64,000 nucleotides of DNA from Blastocatellia bacterium. Its GTDB lineage: Bacteria > Acidobacteriota > Blastocatellia > RBC074. Both the position numbers and the translations under genes were made by a program. Below the pieces are notes generated by a model. That model had not been told where the DNA came from and did not search any database. It saw only the letters and a list, made by a program, of their open reading frames with translations. The first letter of the stretch is position 1; each line of letters opens with the position of its first letter. Where the stretch lies: positions 130,453-194,452 of the forward strand of contig DASRDU010000099.1 in assembly GCA_035652435.1 (NCBI GenBank), read 5' to 3'. Positions 1-10,549 of this stretch are shown piece by piece.

Positions 1-1
1 G

Positions 2-832
2 GCCGAACGCGCCGATGCAAAATTCCTCTCCGAAATCTACGGCGACCACCCTTACGGGCACAACGTTGACGGGACGGAGAAATCTGTCGCCAGCATCGTC
101 TGGGCCGACGTTCACGATTTCTACCGGCGGTTTTACCTGGCGAACAACGCGGTGGCCGTGGTCACGGGCGACGTTAATCAGGAACGCGCCCTCAGCGTTT
201 TCAGGGCCTTCTTCGGCGGCTGGGTCAAGGGCGCCATCGTGCCGATGACTTTCCGCCAGCCGCAACGCGTGACAACCCTGAAGCTGGTCAGGGTCGAGGC
301 GCCTGAAATGTCCACGGTCGAGTTCCGCGGTGGGGTGATCGGCGTCAGGCAGGCTGACCCCGACTTTATCGCGACGGCCCTGCTCGCCCGCGTGCTGGAA
401 GCGCGGCTCAGGAAAGACAACGGCGACCTTCCGGCAGGGGGTGTTTCAGTGAGAGCCGTGCCGCACGCGCTGGCCGGCCCGTTCTACATTGCGGCTTCAG
501 TGAACGCCGACCGCGCGCCGGAATTTTCAAGGAAGGCGACCGAAAGCTTTGCGGCGCTCGCTACGGCCCCGTTCACCGCCGAGGAACTGGCCGCCGCCCG
601 AGACGGCCTGAATGCCGAGTATGCAGCCCGCCCGATTGAAGATCAGTTGCGCGAAATCGAAACCTCCGCGCTGCCGCGCAATCATGCGCTCACTTTCTCG
701 GGGCGCGTCACTGCCGTCACGACCGCCGATTTGCAGCGCGTCGCCAGGCGGTTGCTCGACGCCAACGCGCTGACGGTCGTGGTGCTGGGCCGGACGGGCG
801 AGCAGTCGAAAGCCCAGACTTCAAACCCATAG
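2..832 (+). CDS. M16 (insulinase/PqqL-like) family peptidase, C-terminal part; 5' end lies outside the window
   Basis: Frame 2 is open from the window edge (AERADAKFLSEIYGDHPYGHNVDG...) and continues into the listed 152..832 ORF. The HPYGH segment and overall alpha/beta composition resemble the non-catalytic half of M16 peptidases. This is a family-level call from memory only. Confidence 0.5.
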   Translation, partial: AERADAKFLSEIYGDHPYGHNVDGTEKSVASIVWADVHDFYRRFYLANNAVAVVTGDVNQERALSVFRAFFGGWVKGAIVPMTFRQPQRVTTLKLVRVEAPEMSTVEFRGGVIGVRQADPDFIATALLARVLEARLRKDNGDLPAGGVSVRAVPHALAGPFYIAASVNADRAPEFSRKATESFAALATAPFTAEELAAARDGLNAEYAARPIEDQLREIETSALPRNHALTFSGRVTAVTTADLQRVARRLLDANALTVVVLGRTGEQSKAQTSNP

Positions 833-834
833 CA

Positions 835-1587
835 ATGCCGTCGCGCCAGGAAATATTGCCGAACGCCGAAATGAACGTGCCGGGCAAGGGCCGGCACGTC
901 CGCGAAATGTTTGCGGAGATCGCGCCGAGCTACGACCGGCTCAATCATCTGCTCTCGGCCAGTGTGGACAAGCGGTGGCGGCGATTCACGGCTGAAAAGC
1001 TGCGCGACGTGCTGTCACGACCGGACGCCGTCGCTCTGGATTTATGCTGCGGCACCGGCGATCTGGCGCTCGTACTGGAACCGCAGGCGCGCGTCATCGG
1101 GTGCGATTTCTGCCACCCGATGCTGGTCCTGGCGCGCGACAAGGCGCGCGCTCGCCGGGCCGACGGACTCGCGCTCGCCGAAGCCGATGCGCTGCGATTG
1201 CCGTTCGGGGATGCGAGCTTTGACGCGGTGACAGTCGCATTCGGGTTGCGCAATCTGGAAAATATCGAAGGCGGGCTGGCCGAAATCCTGCGCGTCCTCA
1301 GGCCGGCCGGGCGCGCCGCGGTGCTGGAATTTTCGCGCCCCGTCGTGCCGGTCTTCCGCGAACTTTTCGAGTTTTACTTCACCCGCATCCTGCCGCGCGT
1401 CGGCGCTCTGGTCTCCGGCTCCGAAGGGGCCTACACCTACCTGCCCGAATCGGTTCGCAACTTTCCCGATCAGAAAAAACTGGCCGCGATGATGCGGGCC
1501 GCGGGTTATTCGGACGTGCGTTATCACAACCTCTGGGGCGGAATCGCCGCACTTCACCTCGGCGAAAGGCCCGGGGCAGGCCGCTGA
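835..1587 (+). CDS. ubiE: Demethylmenaquinone/ubiquinone C-methyltransferase (UbiE/MenG)
   Basis: N-terminal MFAEIAPSYDRLNHLLSASVDKRWRR matches the UbiE signature region. SAM motif I is present (LDLCCGTGDLAL). Length is about 240 aa. The true start may be the internal Met at 871. Confidence 0.85.
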   Translation: MPSRQEILPNAEMNVPGKGRHVREMFAEIAPSYDRLNHLLSASVDKRWRRFTAEKLRDVLSRPDAVALDLCCGTGDLALVLEPQARVIGCDFCHPMLVLARDKARARRADGLALAEADALRLPFGDASFDAVTVAFGLRNLENIEGGLAEILRVLRPAGRAAVLEFSRPVVPVFRELFEFYFTRILPRVGALVSGSEGAYTYLPESVRNFPDQKKLAAMMRAAGYSDVRYHNLWGGIAALHLGERPGAGR

Positions 1588-1682
1588 AAAATAAGCCGGG
1601 AACCCATCCCCTTCCGGCGGACATCAGTTATAATCCCCGGGTCCCAGACTCTCCCCGATCATCAGCGAAAAGAGATTCCACA

Positions 1683-3116
1683 ATGATTTCACCTCTCGCA
1701 TTCTTCTCTGAACAATTCGGCATCGCCGTTTCTGACATCGAAGCGCTGCTCGGCGTGGCGTTGTCGAAGGGGGGCGATTACGCCGACCTTTATTTCGAGT
1801 ATTCCGTCACGAGCAACCTCAACCTCGAAGAGCAGATCGTCAAGTCGGCCAACCGCTCGGTGGCGCAGGGCGTCGGCGTGCGCGTCGTTTCCGGCGAGCG
1901 CACCGGCTACGCTTACTCCGACGAAATTGACCGCGAGGCGATTCGCAAAGCCGCGCTCACCGCCGCGCATATCGCCAGCAGTAACGCCAGTCCCGGCCCG
2001 GTCAATGTCTCCGCCGCGAGTCCGAAGCACGATCTCTATTCGGTCCCGCACGCGCTTACTGAAGAGACGCTGGAACGCAGGATCGCGCTGCTCCGGCGCG
2101 CCGAGCAGACCGCGCGCGCCTACGACCCGCGCATCCGCGAGGTGCAGAGCCTGATCGTGGACAAACACAAGCTGGTTTTGATCGCGACTTCCGACGGAAT
2201 GCTGATCGGCGACGTGCAGCCGCTCGTGCGCATGAACGTGACCTGCATTGCCGACGCCGACGGCAATCTGCAGCGCGGCTATGCGGGCGGCGGCGGGCGC
2301 GACAATCTGGATTTTTTCGAGCAGAAAAGATCGCCGGAGTTTTTTGCCACCGAAGCCGCGCGCCAGGCAATCTCTCTGCTCGATGCCGTGGACGCCCCCG
2401 CCGGGGCGATGGAAGTGGTACTCGGCCCCGGCTGGCCCGGCGTGCTGCTGCACGAGGCCGTCGGTCACGGCTTGGAATCGGACTTCAACCGCAAAGGCAC
2501 TTCGGCTTTTGCCGGGCTCGTCGGCCAGCGTGTCGCGAGCGAACTTTGCACCGTTGTTGATGACGGCACGCTGCCGGGCCGCCGCGGCTCGCTCAACATT
2601 GACGACGAGGGGAACCCGACGACCAGCACCGTGCTGATCGAAAATGGGATTCTGCGCGGCTACCTGCAGGACAAACTGAGCGCCCGGCTGACGGGCGCTG
2701 GCGTAACCGGCAACGGCCGCCGTGAAAGCTATCAGCACGTGCCAATGCCGCGCATGACGAACACCTTCATGCTCGGCGGCGAAAGCACGCCCGAAGAGAT
2801 CATCGCTTCGGTCAAACGCGGCCTGTACGCGGTCAATTTCGGCGGCGGTCAGGTGGACATCACCAACGGGAAATTCGTTTTCACCGCCAGCGAGGCCTAC
2901 CTGATCGAAGACGGCAGAATCACCGCGCCGGTCAAGGGCGCCACGCTCATCGGCAACGGCCCGAACGCGCTGACGAAGGTGACAGCCGTCGGCAATGACC
3001 TGCGGCTCGACGAGGGCGTCGGCGTCTGCGGCAAGAACGGACAGTCGGTGCCGGTGGGAGTTGGCATGCCGACGATCAGGATTTCCGAGATGACTGTGGG
3101 TGGGACGAAAGGGTGA
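1683..3116 (+). CDS. tldD: Metalloprotease TldD (peptidase U62)
   Basis: 477 aa. Contains the HExxxH motif (HEAVGHGLE) and the C-terminal GxC glycine-rich segment typical of TldD. A PmbA-type paralogue is encoded just downstream. Confidence 0.9.
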   Translation: MISPLAFFSEQFGIAVSDIEALLGVALSKGGDYADLYFEYSVTSNLNLEEQIVKSANRSVAQGVGVRVVSGERTGYAYSDEIDREAIRKAALTAAHIASSNASPGPVNVSAASPKHDLYSVPHALTEETLERRIALLRRAEQTARAYDPRIREVQSLIVDKHKLVLIATSDGMLIGDVQPLVRMNVTCIADADGNLQRGYAGGGGRDNLDFFEQKRSPEFFATEAARQAISLLDAVDAPAGAMEVVLGPGWPGVLLHEAVGHGLESDFNRKGTSAFAGLVGQRVASELCTVVDDGTLPGRRGSLNIDDEGNPTTSTVLIENGILRGYLQDKLSARLTGAGVTGNGRRESYQHVPMPRMTNTFMLGGESTPEEIIASVKRGLYAVNFGGGQVDITNGKFVFTASEAYLIEDGRITAPVKGATLIGNGPNALTKVTAVGNDLRLDEGVGVCGKNGQSVPVGVGMPTIRISEMTVGGTKG

Positions 3117-3144
3117 TGTTGTTATACGTACATCCGAGGTTTTT

Positions 3145-3537
3145 ATGTGTCGTTACGCTGGCATGAATTATAAAGGGCATTACGCGTGCTTCGATTGCCG
3201 CAAGGCTTTCAAGGAGCGAAACGGTTTTGGGGGAGAAGAATATAAGCAGAAATACGGTGAACACCGGAAGGTGCTTTGCCCCGAATGTCATCGCCCGATG
3301 GCAGACTTGGGCCTTGATTTCAAAGCTCCCAAGAAAATGGACGTGAAGCAGTGGCAAAAAGTTGAGATCCTCTACAATCACGGGTTCACATATCATTCCT
3401 GTGGATGTTGCGGGCCGGGCCTGCGGCCCGCTGAATTGCGCGATGTAGAGGCTTTTCTTCATGACAAGCTACCCGAATCTGATGGCGAGAAACTTCTTAA
3501 GAAGATAGAAAGGGCAGCCAGTAATCGAAAGCAATAA
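3145..3537 (+). CDS. Small Cys-rich zinc-ribbon protein of unknown function (131 aa), inserted between tldD and pmbA
   Basis: GAGG at 3135-3138, then ATG at 3145. Cysteine pairs CFDC...CPEC...CGCC, followed by a charged helical C-terminus. Local GC is clearly lower than the flanks. The listed ORF start at 3100 overlaps tldD and is less plausible. Confidence 0.55.
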   Translation: MCRYAGMNYKGHYACFDCRKAFKERNGFGGEEYKQKYGEHRKVLCPECHRPMADLGLDFKAPKKMDVKQWQKVEILYNHGFTYHSCGCCGPGLRPAELRDVEAFLHDKLPESDGEKLLKKIERAASNRKQ

Positions 3538-3590
3538 AAGCAGCGAGTTGCCCGAATCTCAAACTCTGAAAGTTTCCCTCGAACTATTGG

Positions 3591-4955
3591 ATGACAACAC
3601 AAATTTCAACTCACTTTCTCTCCGACATCGTCAGCAAAGCGGTCAGGCGCGGCGCGACTGAAGCCGAGGCAATCGCGCTTGAAAACACCGATTTCTCCGT
3701 CGAAGTGCGGCTCGGAGAAATCGAGAAGCTTGAGGAATCGGCTTCGCGTGGCCTGGGACTGCGCGTGATTTATGAGGGCCGGCAGGCTTCGGCTTCGACT
3801 TCGGATTTTTCGGCGAAGGCGCTCGATGAATTGATCACGAGCGCGGTCGAGATGGCCCGGCTGACTTCGGTTGATGACGCGGCGGTGCTGCCTTCGCGCG
3901 AGGAACTTTTATCTGCCGGCGGAGTCAATAGCGGCGATCTGGCGCTGTACGATGAATCCATCGTGCTGCTCCCGACCGGGCGCAAAATCGAAATGGCCTG
4001 CACGGCCGAGGCCGCGGCACGAGACGCTGACCCGCGCATCACCAATTCCGAGGGCGCGTCGTGCGCGACCACGGTCGGTCGGCTGACTCTGGTGAACAGC
4101 TCGGGGTTTGCGGGCGAATATCGCGGCACGACGTGCTACCTTTCGGTTTCGCCGATCGCGCGTGACGGCGATCAGATGCAGGTGGCCGGCTGGGGGGACA
4201 CTCAACGCTCACTGGCGGCGCTGGACAGGCCGGAAGAACTCGGACGGGAAGCGGCGCGGCGAGCGCTACGCAAACTCGGCGGGCGCAAAGTGGGGACGCA
4301 GGAAGTCCCGATTGTCTTTGAATCCGGCGCGGCTGAAGAACTGCTCGGTGATCTCTTTGAGGCCGCGAGTGGCGAATCCATCTTCCGCCGCGCCTCGTTC
4401 CTGGTCGGGCAGACCGGCGAACGGATCGGCTCGGAGCAGCTGACGATTGTGGACGACGGGAGGCTGCCCGGCGCGGTCGGCTCGCGGCCTTTCGACGGCG
4501 AGGGGCTGCCGACGCGGCGGACGGTGATTGTCGAAAACGGGGTGCTGCGGAGTTACTTGCTCAATACCTACACGGCGCGTAAGCTGGGCCTGCGTTCGAC
4601 GGCCAACGGCGCGCGCGGGCTGTCTGGCCTGCCGGGCGTCGGCATCAATAACTTCTTCATCGCGCCCGGGCGTCATTCGCCCGAAGAGATCGTCGCTTCC
4701 GTCGGCAACGGGTTTTACGTGACCGAAACGATTGGCTTCGGCTTCAACGCGGTGACGGGTGATTACTCGCGCGGCGCTTCCGGCGTGTGGATTGAACAGG
4801 GCAGGCTCAGTTACCCGGTCGAAGAGGTCACCATCGCCGGCAACTTCCGCGAGATGCTGCGCGGAATCGAAATGATTGGCAACGATCTCCGCTTCCGGGG
4901 CAAGATCGCGGCCCCGACCGTCAAAATCAACCGGATGATGGTCAGCGGAGACTGA
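3591..4955 (+). CDS. pmbA: Metalloprotease PmbA/TldE (peptidase U62, non-HExxH partner of TldD)
   Basis: 454 aa. Alignable with the upstream TldD (GxGxR, C-terminal GxxxxGD region) but lacks HExxxH. The tldD-pmbA arrangement is classical. Confidence 0.85.
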   Translation: MTTQISTHFLSDIVSKAVRRGATEAEAIALENTDFSVEVRLGEIEKLEESASRGLGLRVIYEGRQASASTSDFSAKALDELITSAVEMARLTSVDDAAVLPSREELLSAGGVNSGDLALYDESIVLLPTGRKIEMACTAEAAARDADPRITNSEGASCATTVGRLTLVNSSGFAGEYRGTTCYLSVSPIARDGDQMQVAGWGDTQRSLAALDRPEELGREAARRALRKLGGRKVGTQEVPIVFESGAAEELLGDLFEAASGESIFRRASFLVGQTGERIGSEQLTIVDDGRLPGAVGSRPFDGEGLPTRRTVIVENGVLRSYLLNTYTARKLGLRSTANGARGLSGLPGVGINNFFIAPGRHSPEEIVASVGNGFYVTETIGFGFNAVTGDYSRGASGVWIEQGRLSYPVEEVTIAGNFREMLRGIEMIGNDLRFRGKIAAPTVKINRMMVSGD

Positions 4956-4956
4956 G

Positions 4957-5499
4957 TTGAACCCTGCGGATTTCCGACACCTTATGTTCGAACCAGAATC
5001 AGAGAAAGCCAAAGAACAACAGCGCTCGCGCCTGCTCCTGGGCCTGGGGGCGATTGCCGCCCTGGTCGTCGCCGGGGCGTTCATTATTTTCGCGACGCTC
5101 AAGCAGCAGGCGGAATCGCCGACGATGCCCGACGCCCTGCGGGCGGGCAATCAGGAGTTCGAAAATTACAAATCCAAAGTGGAGATTGACAAGCCCAACA
5201 AGCAGGACGTGATGGCGCAGCAGAACCTGATGGGGATGGTGCAGTTCACGATTCAAGCCGAGTTGCGTAATCAGGGTGATCGCACGCTCACCGGAATTGA
5301 GATCGTCGCCCAGGCTTATGACCTTGAGGACAAGCTGATCGCGCAGAAAATCGGCCAGCCGATCCCCCGCGTGCGGCCTGAGCCGCTTAAGCCGGGCGAG
5401 TCAATGCGCATCGCGATCAAGCTTGACGTTCCGTCGAAGTATAAGGAAGCAGATGTCAAACTGGTGAAGGCTGAGCTTCATGGGCTGCGGTTCCAGTAG
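4957..5499 (+). CDS. Hypothetical membrane-anchored protein (single N-terminal TM)
   Basis: GGAG at 4947-4950 precedes a TTG at 4957; an alternative ATG lies at 4984. Hydrophobic stretch LLLGLGAIAALVVAGAFIIFATL. The stop is followed by a hairpin terminator. Confidence 0.55.
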   Translation: MNPADFRHLMFEPESEKAKEQQRSRLLLGLGAIAALVVAGAFIIFATLKQQAESPTMPDALRAGNQEFENYKSKVEIDKPNKQDVMAQQNLMGMVQFTIQAELRNQGDRTLTGIEIVAQAYDLEDKLIAQKIGQPIPRVRPEPLKPGESMRIAIKLDVPSKYKEADVKLVKAELHGLRFQ

Positions 5500-5530
5500 C
5501 CAGAAATCGCTGAAAAGCGTCGGACAAAAA

Positions 5531-5572
5531 CAAAGGCGGTCGCGGATTTTTGATGATCCGCGACCGCCTTTG
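5531..5572. terminator. Bidirectional rho-independent terminator between convergent genes
   Basis: Stem AAAGGCGGTCGCGG / CCGCGACCGCCTTT with loop atttttgatgatc. The minus strand reads into a TTTGTTTTTG run; the plus strand has a weaker T tract. Confidence 0.7.
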
Positions 5573-5603
5573 TTCTGAGATTCTGGTGACTGAATCGGCC
5601 TCT

Positions 5604-6971
5604 TTAGTCGTGATTCTTCGGCTGGGCTTCCATAATCTTAGGCTGAACCTCAATGGCCGCGGTCGTTGGCGTCGCGCCCGGACCGAGGAATCGCGTGGAG
5701 ATGCTGCGATAAATCTTGCCCGCCACATCCGCGGCGCGCTTGCCCGCCTCGCCCGAACCGTTGGTGATCACCGTCACCACCAGCTTCGGGTTGGTGATGC
5801 TGGAAAATGAAGTGAACAGGCCGAGCTTGGCCGAATCGCCGGTGCAGGTCCCGGTCTTGCCCGCGACCTGTCCGATCGGGTCGTAGGCGGCTCTGGCCGT
5901 GCCGTAATTGACCGCGCCAATCATCCCGGAGAGCATGCGCAGGCGGTCTTCCGGGGTCATCTCAATTTTACGCCTCAACTCCGGCTTGAAGCTGGCGGCC
6001 TCTTCAGGAGTGCGCGGGATGCGCGGCACGTAAAGGTAACCGCCATTCGCGATGGCCGCGGTGAAGCTTGCCAGCTGAATCGCCGTGAAGCCGAAACCGT
6101 CGCCGTGGCTCGACATATGGCCGGTGTTCTGTTCGCCTTCCTCGGGCAGGAACCCGTCGCTCTCGCCCAGATAATTGGCCCCGGTCTTCTGGCCGAAGCC
6201 GAAATTATGGGCATAGCCGATGACCTTTTCGTAGCCAAGGCGGCGGCCCAGTTCCTGGAAGAACGGGTTATTCGAGTGGGCGATGGCGTCCGTCAGGTTC
6301 AGGCCACGACCGTTGCTCGCCAGCTGCAGGTCCGTACTCGGGTCGAGAACCTTCTCGTGCAATGCCGCCATGCCGACGACCAGCTTGACGGTCGAGCAGG
6401 GCTTGACGGGCGAGCCAAGGGCCATGCGCTGGTTGACGATCGCGTAGATGCGTCCGTTGGTCGCGTCCATCACCACCGCCGTGCCGGCCCTGCCGCCGAG
6501 CGCCTCAATGGCGGCGCGACGCACGTCAGGGTCTTCACCGGTCGTGTTGTCCTTGAGAATGTTGGCGGCGGCGCTGTTGTGCAGCGCCTCATCGCGGGCG
6601 CGGATGGCGCGCAGGCGGGCGGCGCGGATGGCGGCGGCCCGGGCCGCTGCCTGGCGCCGCTCTTCGGCGCGGTAAGATGCCAGCAGCTTGCGCTCGGACT
6701 TGCTCAGTCCGCCGCGGCGCTGGCGCTTCATCATATCGCGTAGCTGACTCTGACTGATTTGCGGGCCGCGACGGGCTTCGCGACTGTGACGGCCCCCGCG
6801 AGTGGAGGCGACTCGCTCACGGCCTTTGGATTTCCCCTTCTTCCCTTCTTTGGCGGCTGCTGCGCGGTGGCGCTTTTTCGCGTACGCGGTGCCATTGGGG
6901 GAGATGACCACGAGTGCGCTGAACAGAGCGAACACGAACGTGGTCGTGACAGCACGATTGACTGATTTCAT
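5604..6971 (-). CDS. Penicillin-binding transpeptidase-fold protein with signal peptide and long polybasic N-terminal segment
   Basis: SxxK (STVK), SxN (SNN) and KTG (KTGT) motifs occur in the correct order. The signal peptide MKSVNRAVTTTFVFALFSALVVISPNGTAYA starts at the ATG at 6971, preceded by GGAAAGG. The listed ORF extends to 7028, but that start is less likely. Confidence 0.75.
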   Translation of the reverse strand: MKSVNRAVTTTFVFALFSALVVISPNGTAYAKKRHRAAAAKEGKKGKSKGRERVASTRGGRHSREARRGPQISQSQLRDMMKRQRRGGLSKSERKLLASYRAEERRQAAARAAAIRAARLRAIRARDEALHNSAAANILKDNTTGEDPDVRRAAIEALGGRAGTAVVMDATNGRIYAIVNQRMALGSPVKPCSTVKLVVGMAALHEKVLDPSTDLQLASNGRGLNLTDAIAHSNNPFFQELGRRLGYEKVIGYAHNFGFGQKTGANYLGESDGFLPEEGEQNTGHMSSHGDGFGFTAIQLASFTAAIANGGYLYVPRIPRTPEEAASFKPELRRKIEMTPEDRLRMLSGMIGAVNYGTARAAYDPIGQVAGKTGTCTGDSAKLGLFTSFSSITNPKLVVTVITNGSGEAGKRAADVAGKIYRSISTRFLGPGATPTTAAIEVQPKIMEAQPKNHD

Positions 6972-7390
6972 TCTCAATACCTTTCCTGTAACCTGTGACA
7001 ACGATCTCCCTGCTGACAACAGTTCCACTGCGGGGAAACTATCATTCGTCAGCCAGCCGCGGTTTTCGCGCCGGCCGGCTTCAGGGGTATTGGATAGTTG
7101 TGGATCTGATGTGAAGTGATCGCGCCGAACCTCGTGATGAATGGCACCACGTAACTACGGCCCCAGCAGCCGTATTGCACGACGTCACCACTATCGGAAT
7201 GAGCGTTGTCCCTGTACAATTGAAGAGCAAGCGCACAGCAGGCTTCCCTCTATGGCTTTGTTACCGCGAAAGCCGGGGGCAGGCGCACGGGCAGAGTCTA
7301 GCAAATTCAATTGACCGGCACAACGGGTAATCAGAGGAATGTCAGATTAAAAACACTTCTCCGCGGCCCTTTCGTCCCCGGATTGTTCGT

Positions 7391-8911
<1,521 letters not shown>

Positions 8912-9060
8912 GATGACCCGCGCCCGGGGGTGGCAGGATCGTTGTCGCAAGGTCGCAGCCGAAGGTTATAATGATTCCTGGTGAAGTTGAAGAGGTTACG
9001 ACCTCATCAGAAAAACGTCATCAGTAAGGCTGGCGACATGAACCCCTTTACAGGAAAGCC

Positions 9061-10464
9061 ATGAAACCGAAACGTATCCTCGTGGTTGACGACGAAAAAA
9101 ATCAGCGCGACATCCTGCATCTGATCCTGACTGGTGAGCATGATGAGCAGGGCGACCCGCTTTACGATGTGAAAGCCGCCAGCTCGGGTCAGGAAGGATT
9201 ACGCTTTTTCAAAACCGAACGCTTCGATCTGGTGCTGACCGATCTGAAGATGTCGGGGATGGACGGCATTCAGCTGCTCAATGAGCTGACGCAGATTGAC
9301 AGTTCCGTGCCGGTGATCCTGATGACGGCGCACGGCTCGATTGATTCGGTCAAGGACGCGCTGCGCGGCGGCGCCTTCGATTATCTGGAGAAGCCGCTCG
9401 ACCGCGCGAAGCTGCTTGAGACCGTCGCCAAAGCCGTCGCGCAGATGAGGGCCGTTGACGAAGAGATCGTCGGCGTCTCGGACGCCATCGAGCGCGTCAA
9501 GAAGATGATCGTCAAAGTGGCCGGGTCAAGTTCCACCGTGCTGATCCGCGGCGAGTCAGGTACCGGCAAGGAGCGCATCGCCCGCGCCATTCACAAGGCC
9601 AGCCCCCGCGCGAATGAGCGCTTTCAGGCCGTCAACTGCGCGGCGATCAATGAGAACCTGATCGAGTCGGAACTCTTCGGCCACGAGCGCGGATCATTCA
9701 CCGGCGCGGTCGCCGAAAAGAAAGGGATGTTCGAGATCGCCGACAAGGGCACGCTCTTTCTGGACGAGATCGGCGAACTGAACGTGAGCATGCAGGCCAA
9801 GCTGCTGCGCGCGCTTCAGGAAAAGGAGATCATGCGCGTCGGCTCGACGAAGCCCATCAGGATTGACGTGCGCGTGCTGGCCGCCACTAACCGCGATCTG
9901 GAGGCGATGGTCAGGGACAACCGCTTCCGCGAGGATCTGTTTTACCGCCTCAACGTGATCCCGATTGACGTGCCGCCGCTGCGGCAGCGCCGCGACGACA
10001 TCGCGGTGCTGATGGATTACTTCCTGCGCAAACACAGCGCGAGTGCCGGCCGGCCGATGAAAGTCGGCGCGGAAGCGCGCAAGCTCCTGATGGAATATGC
10101 CTGGCCGGGCAACGTACGCCAGCTCGAATCGGCCATCGAGCGGGCCCTGCTGCTGGCCGAAGGCGACGAGATCACGGCCGAAGACCTGCCCGTCGAAATC
10201 CGCAACGCGGCGCGTACCGAAGGCACCGGCGGGTTCAAGCTGCCGCCCGAGGGCATCTCATTTGAAGACCTCGAACGCTCGCTGATCATTCAGGCGATGG
10301 AGCAGACCGGCTGGAACATCACGCGCGCCGCAAAGCTGCTCGGCCTCTCGTTCCGCACGATGCAATACCGGCTCGACAAATTCGGCATTGAACGACCGGG
10401 CCGCGCGGGCCGCGCTTCATCCGAATCTGAAGATGAGGAGGAAGACACGTCGCCGCCGGAATGA
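9061..10464 (+). CDS. Sigma-54-dependent response regulator (NtrC/AtoC family: REC + AAA+ + Fis HTH)
   Basis: REC domain with DDE...D. Walker A GESGTGKE. GAFTGA-like GSFTGA. ESELFGHE. C-terminal Fis-type HTH followed by an acidic tail. Confidence 0.9.
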   Translation: MKPKRILVVDDEKNQRDILHLILTGEHDEQGDPLYDVKAASSGQEGLRFFKTERFDLVLTDLKMSGMDGIQLLNELTQIDSSVPVILMTAHGSIDSVKDALRGGAFDYLEKPLDRAKLLETVAKAVAQMRAVDEEIVGVSDAIERVKKMIVKVAGSSSTVLIRGESGTGKERIARAIHKASPRANERFQAVNCAAINENLIESELFGHERGSFTGAVAEKKGMFEIADKGTLFLDEIGELNVSMQAKLLRALQEKEIMRVGSTKPIRIDVRVLAATNRDLEAMVRDNRFREDLFYRLNVIPIDVPPLRQRRDDIAVLMDYFLRKHSASAGRPMKVGAEARKLLMEYAWPGNVRQLESAIERALLLAEGDEITAEDLPVEIRNAARTEGTGGFKLPPEGISFEDLERSLIIQAMEQTGWNITRAAKLLGLSFRTMQYRLDKFGIERPGRAGRASSESEDEEEDTSPPE

Positions 10465-10466
10465 AC

Positions 10467-10484
10467 CCGGCGTCCTGATTGCAA
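10467..10484 (+). promoter_or_regulatory. Candidate sigma-54 (-24/-12) promoter upstream of the Cof/cyclophilin genes
   Basis: CCGGCGTC-CTGA-TTGCA has the GG-N10-GC spacing of the TGGCACG-N4-TTGCW consensus. The -12 TTGCA matches perfectly; the -24 element is degenerate. It lies 3 nt after the stop of the sigma54 activator gene. Confidence 0.25.
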
Positions 10485-10549
10485 AAATATTTCCACCCTC
10501 CTGCCGTTTGCCCGCCCCGTTCGCGCGATGTTAAAGTTGCGCGCTTCTT

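Noticed and set aside
1689-2738. Many long ORFs (often 250-480 aa) on the strand opposite to confidently identified genes, e.g. 1689..2738(-), 4266..5150(-), 6105..6743(+), 7907..8950(-), 17935..18954(-), 19867..20976(-), 22037..22786(-), 23938..25143(-), 29369..30592(-), 30357..31499(-), 31881..33011(-), 33704..34480(-), 34434..35855(-), 39093..40310(-), 52599..54494(-)
   Set aside because: These are typical antisense-ORF artefacts of a stop-codon-poor, mid-60s % GC genome. Their translations are Arg/Ala/Gly/Pro-rich low-complexity sequence with no motifs. The sense-strand partners all carry clear family signatures.
3100-3144. Upstream start (MGRKGDVVIRTSEVF) for the Cys-rich ORF, overlapping the tldD 3' end
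   Set aside because: It overlaps tldD by 17 nt without an RBS. The Met at 3145 is preceded by GAGG and matches the point where GC drops.
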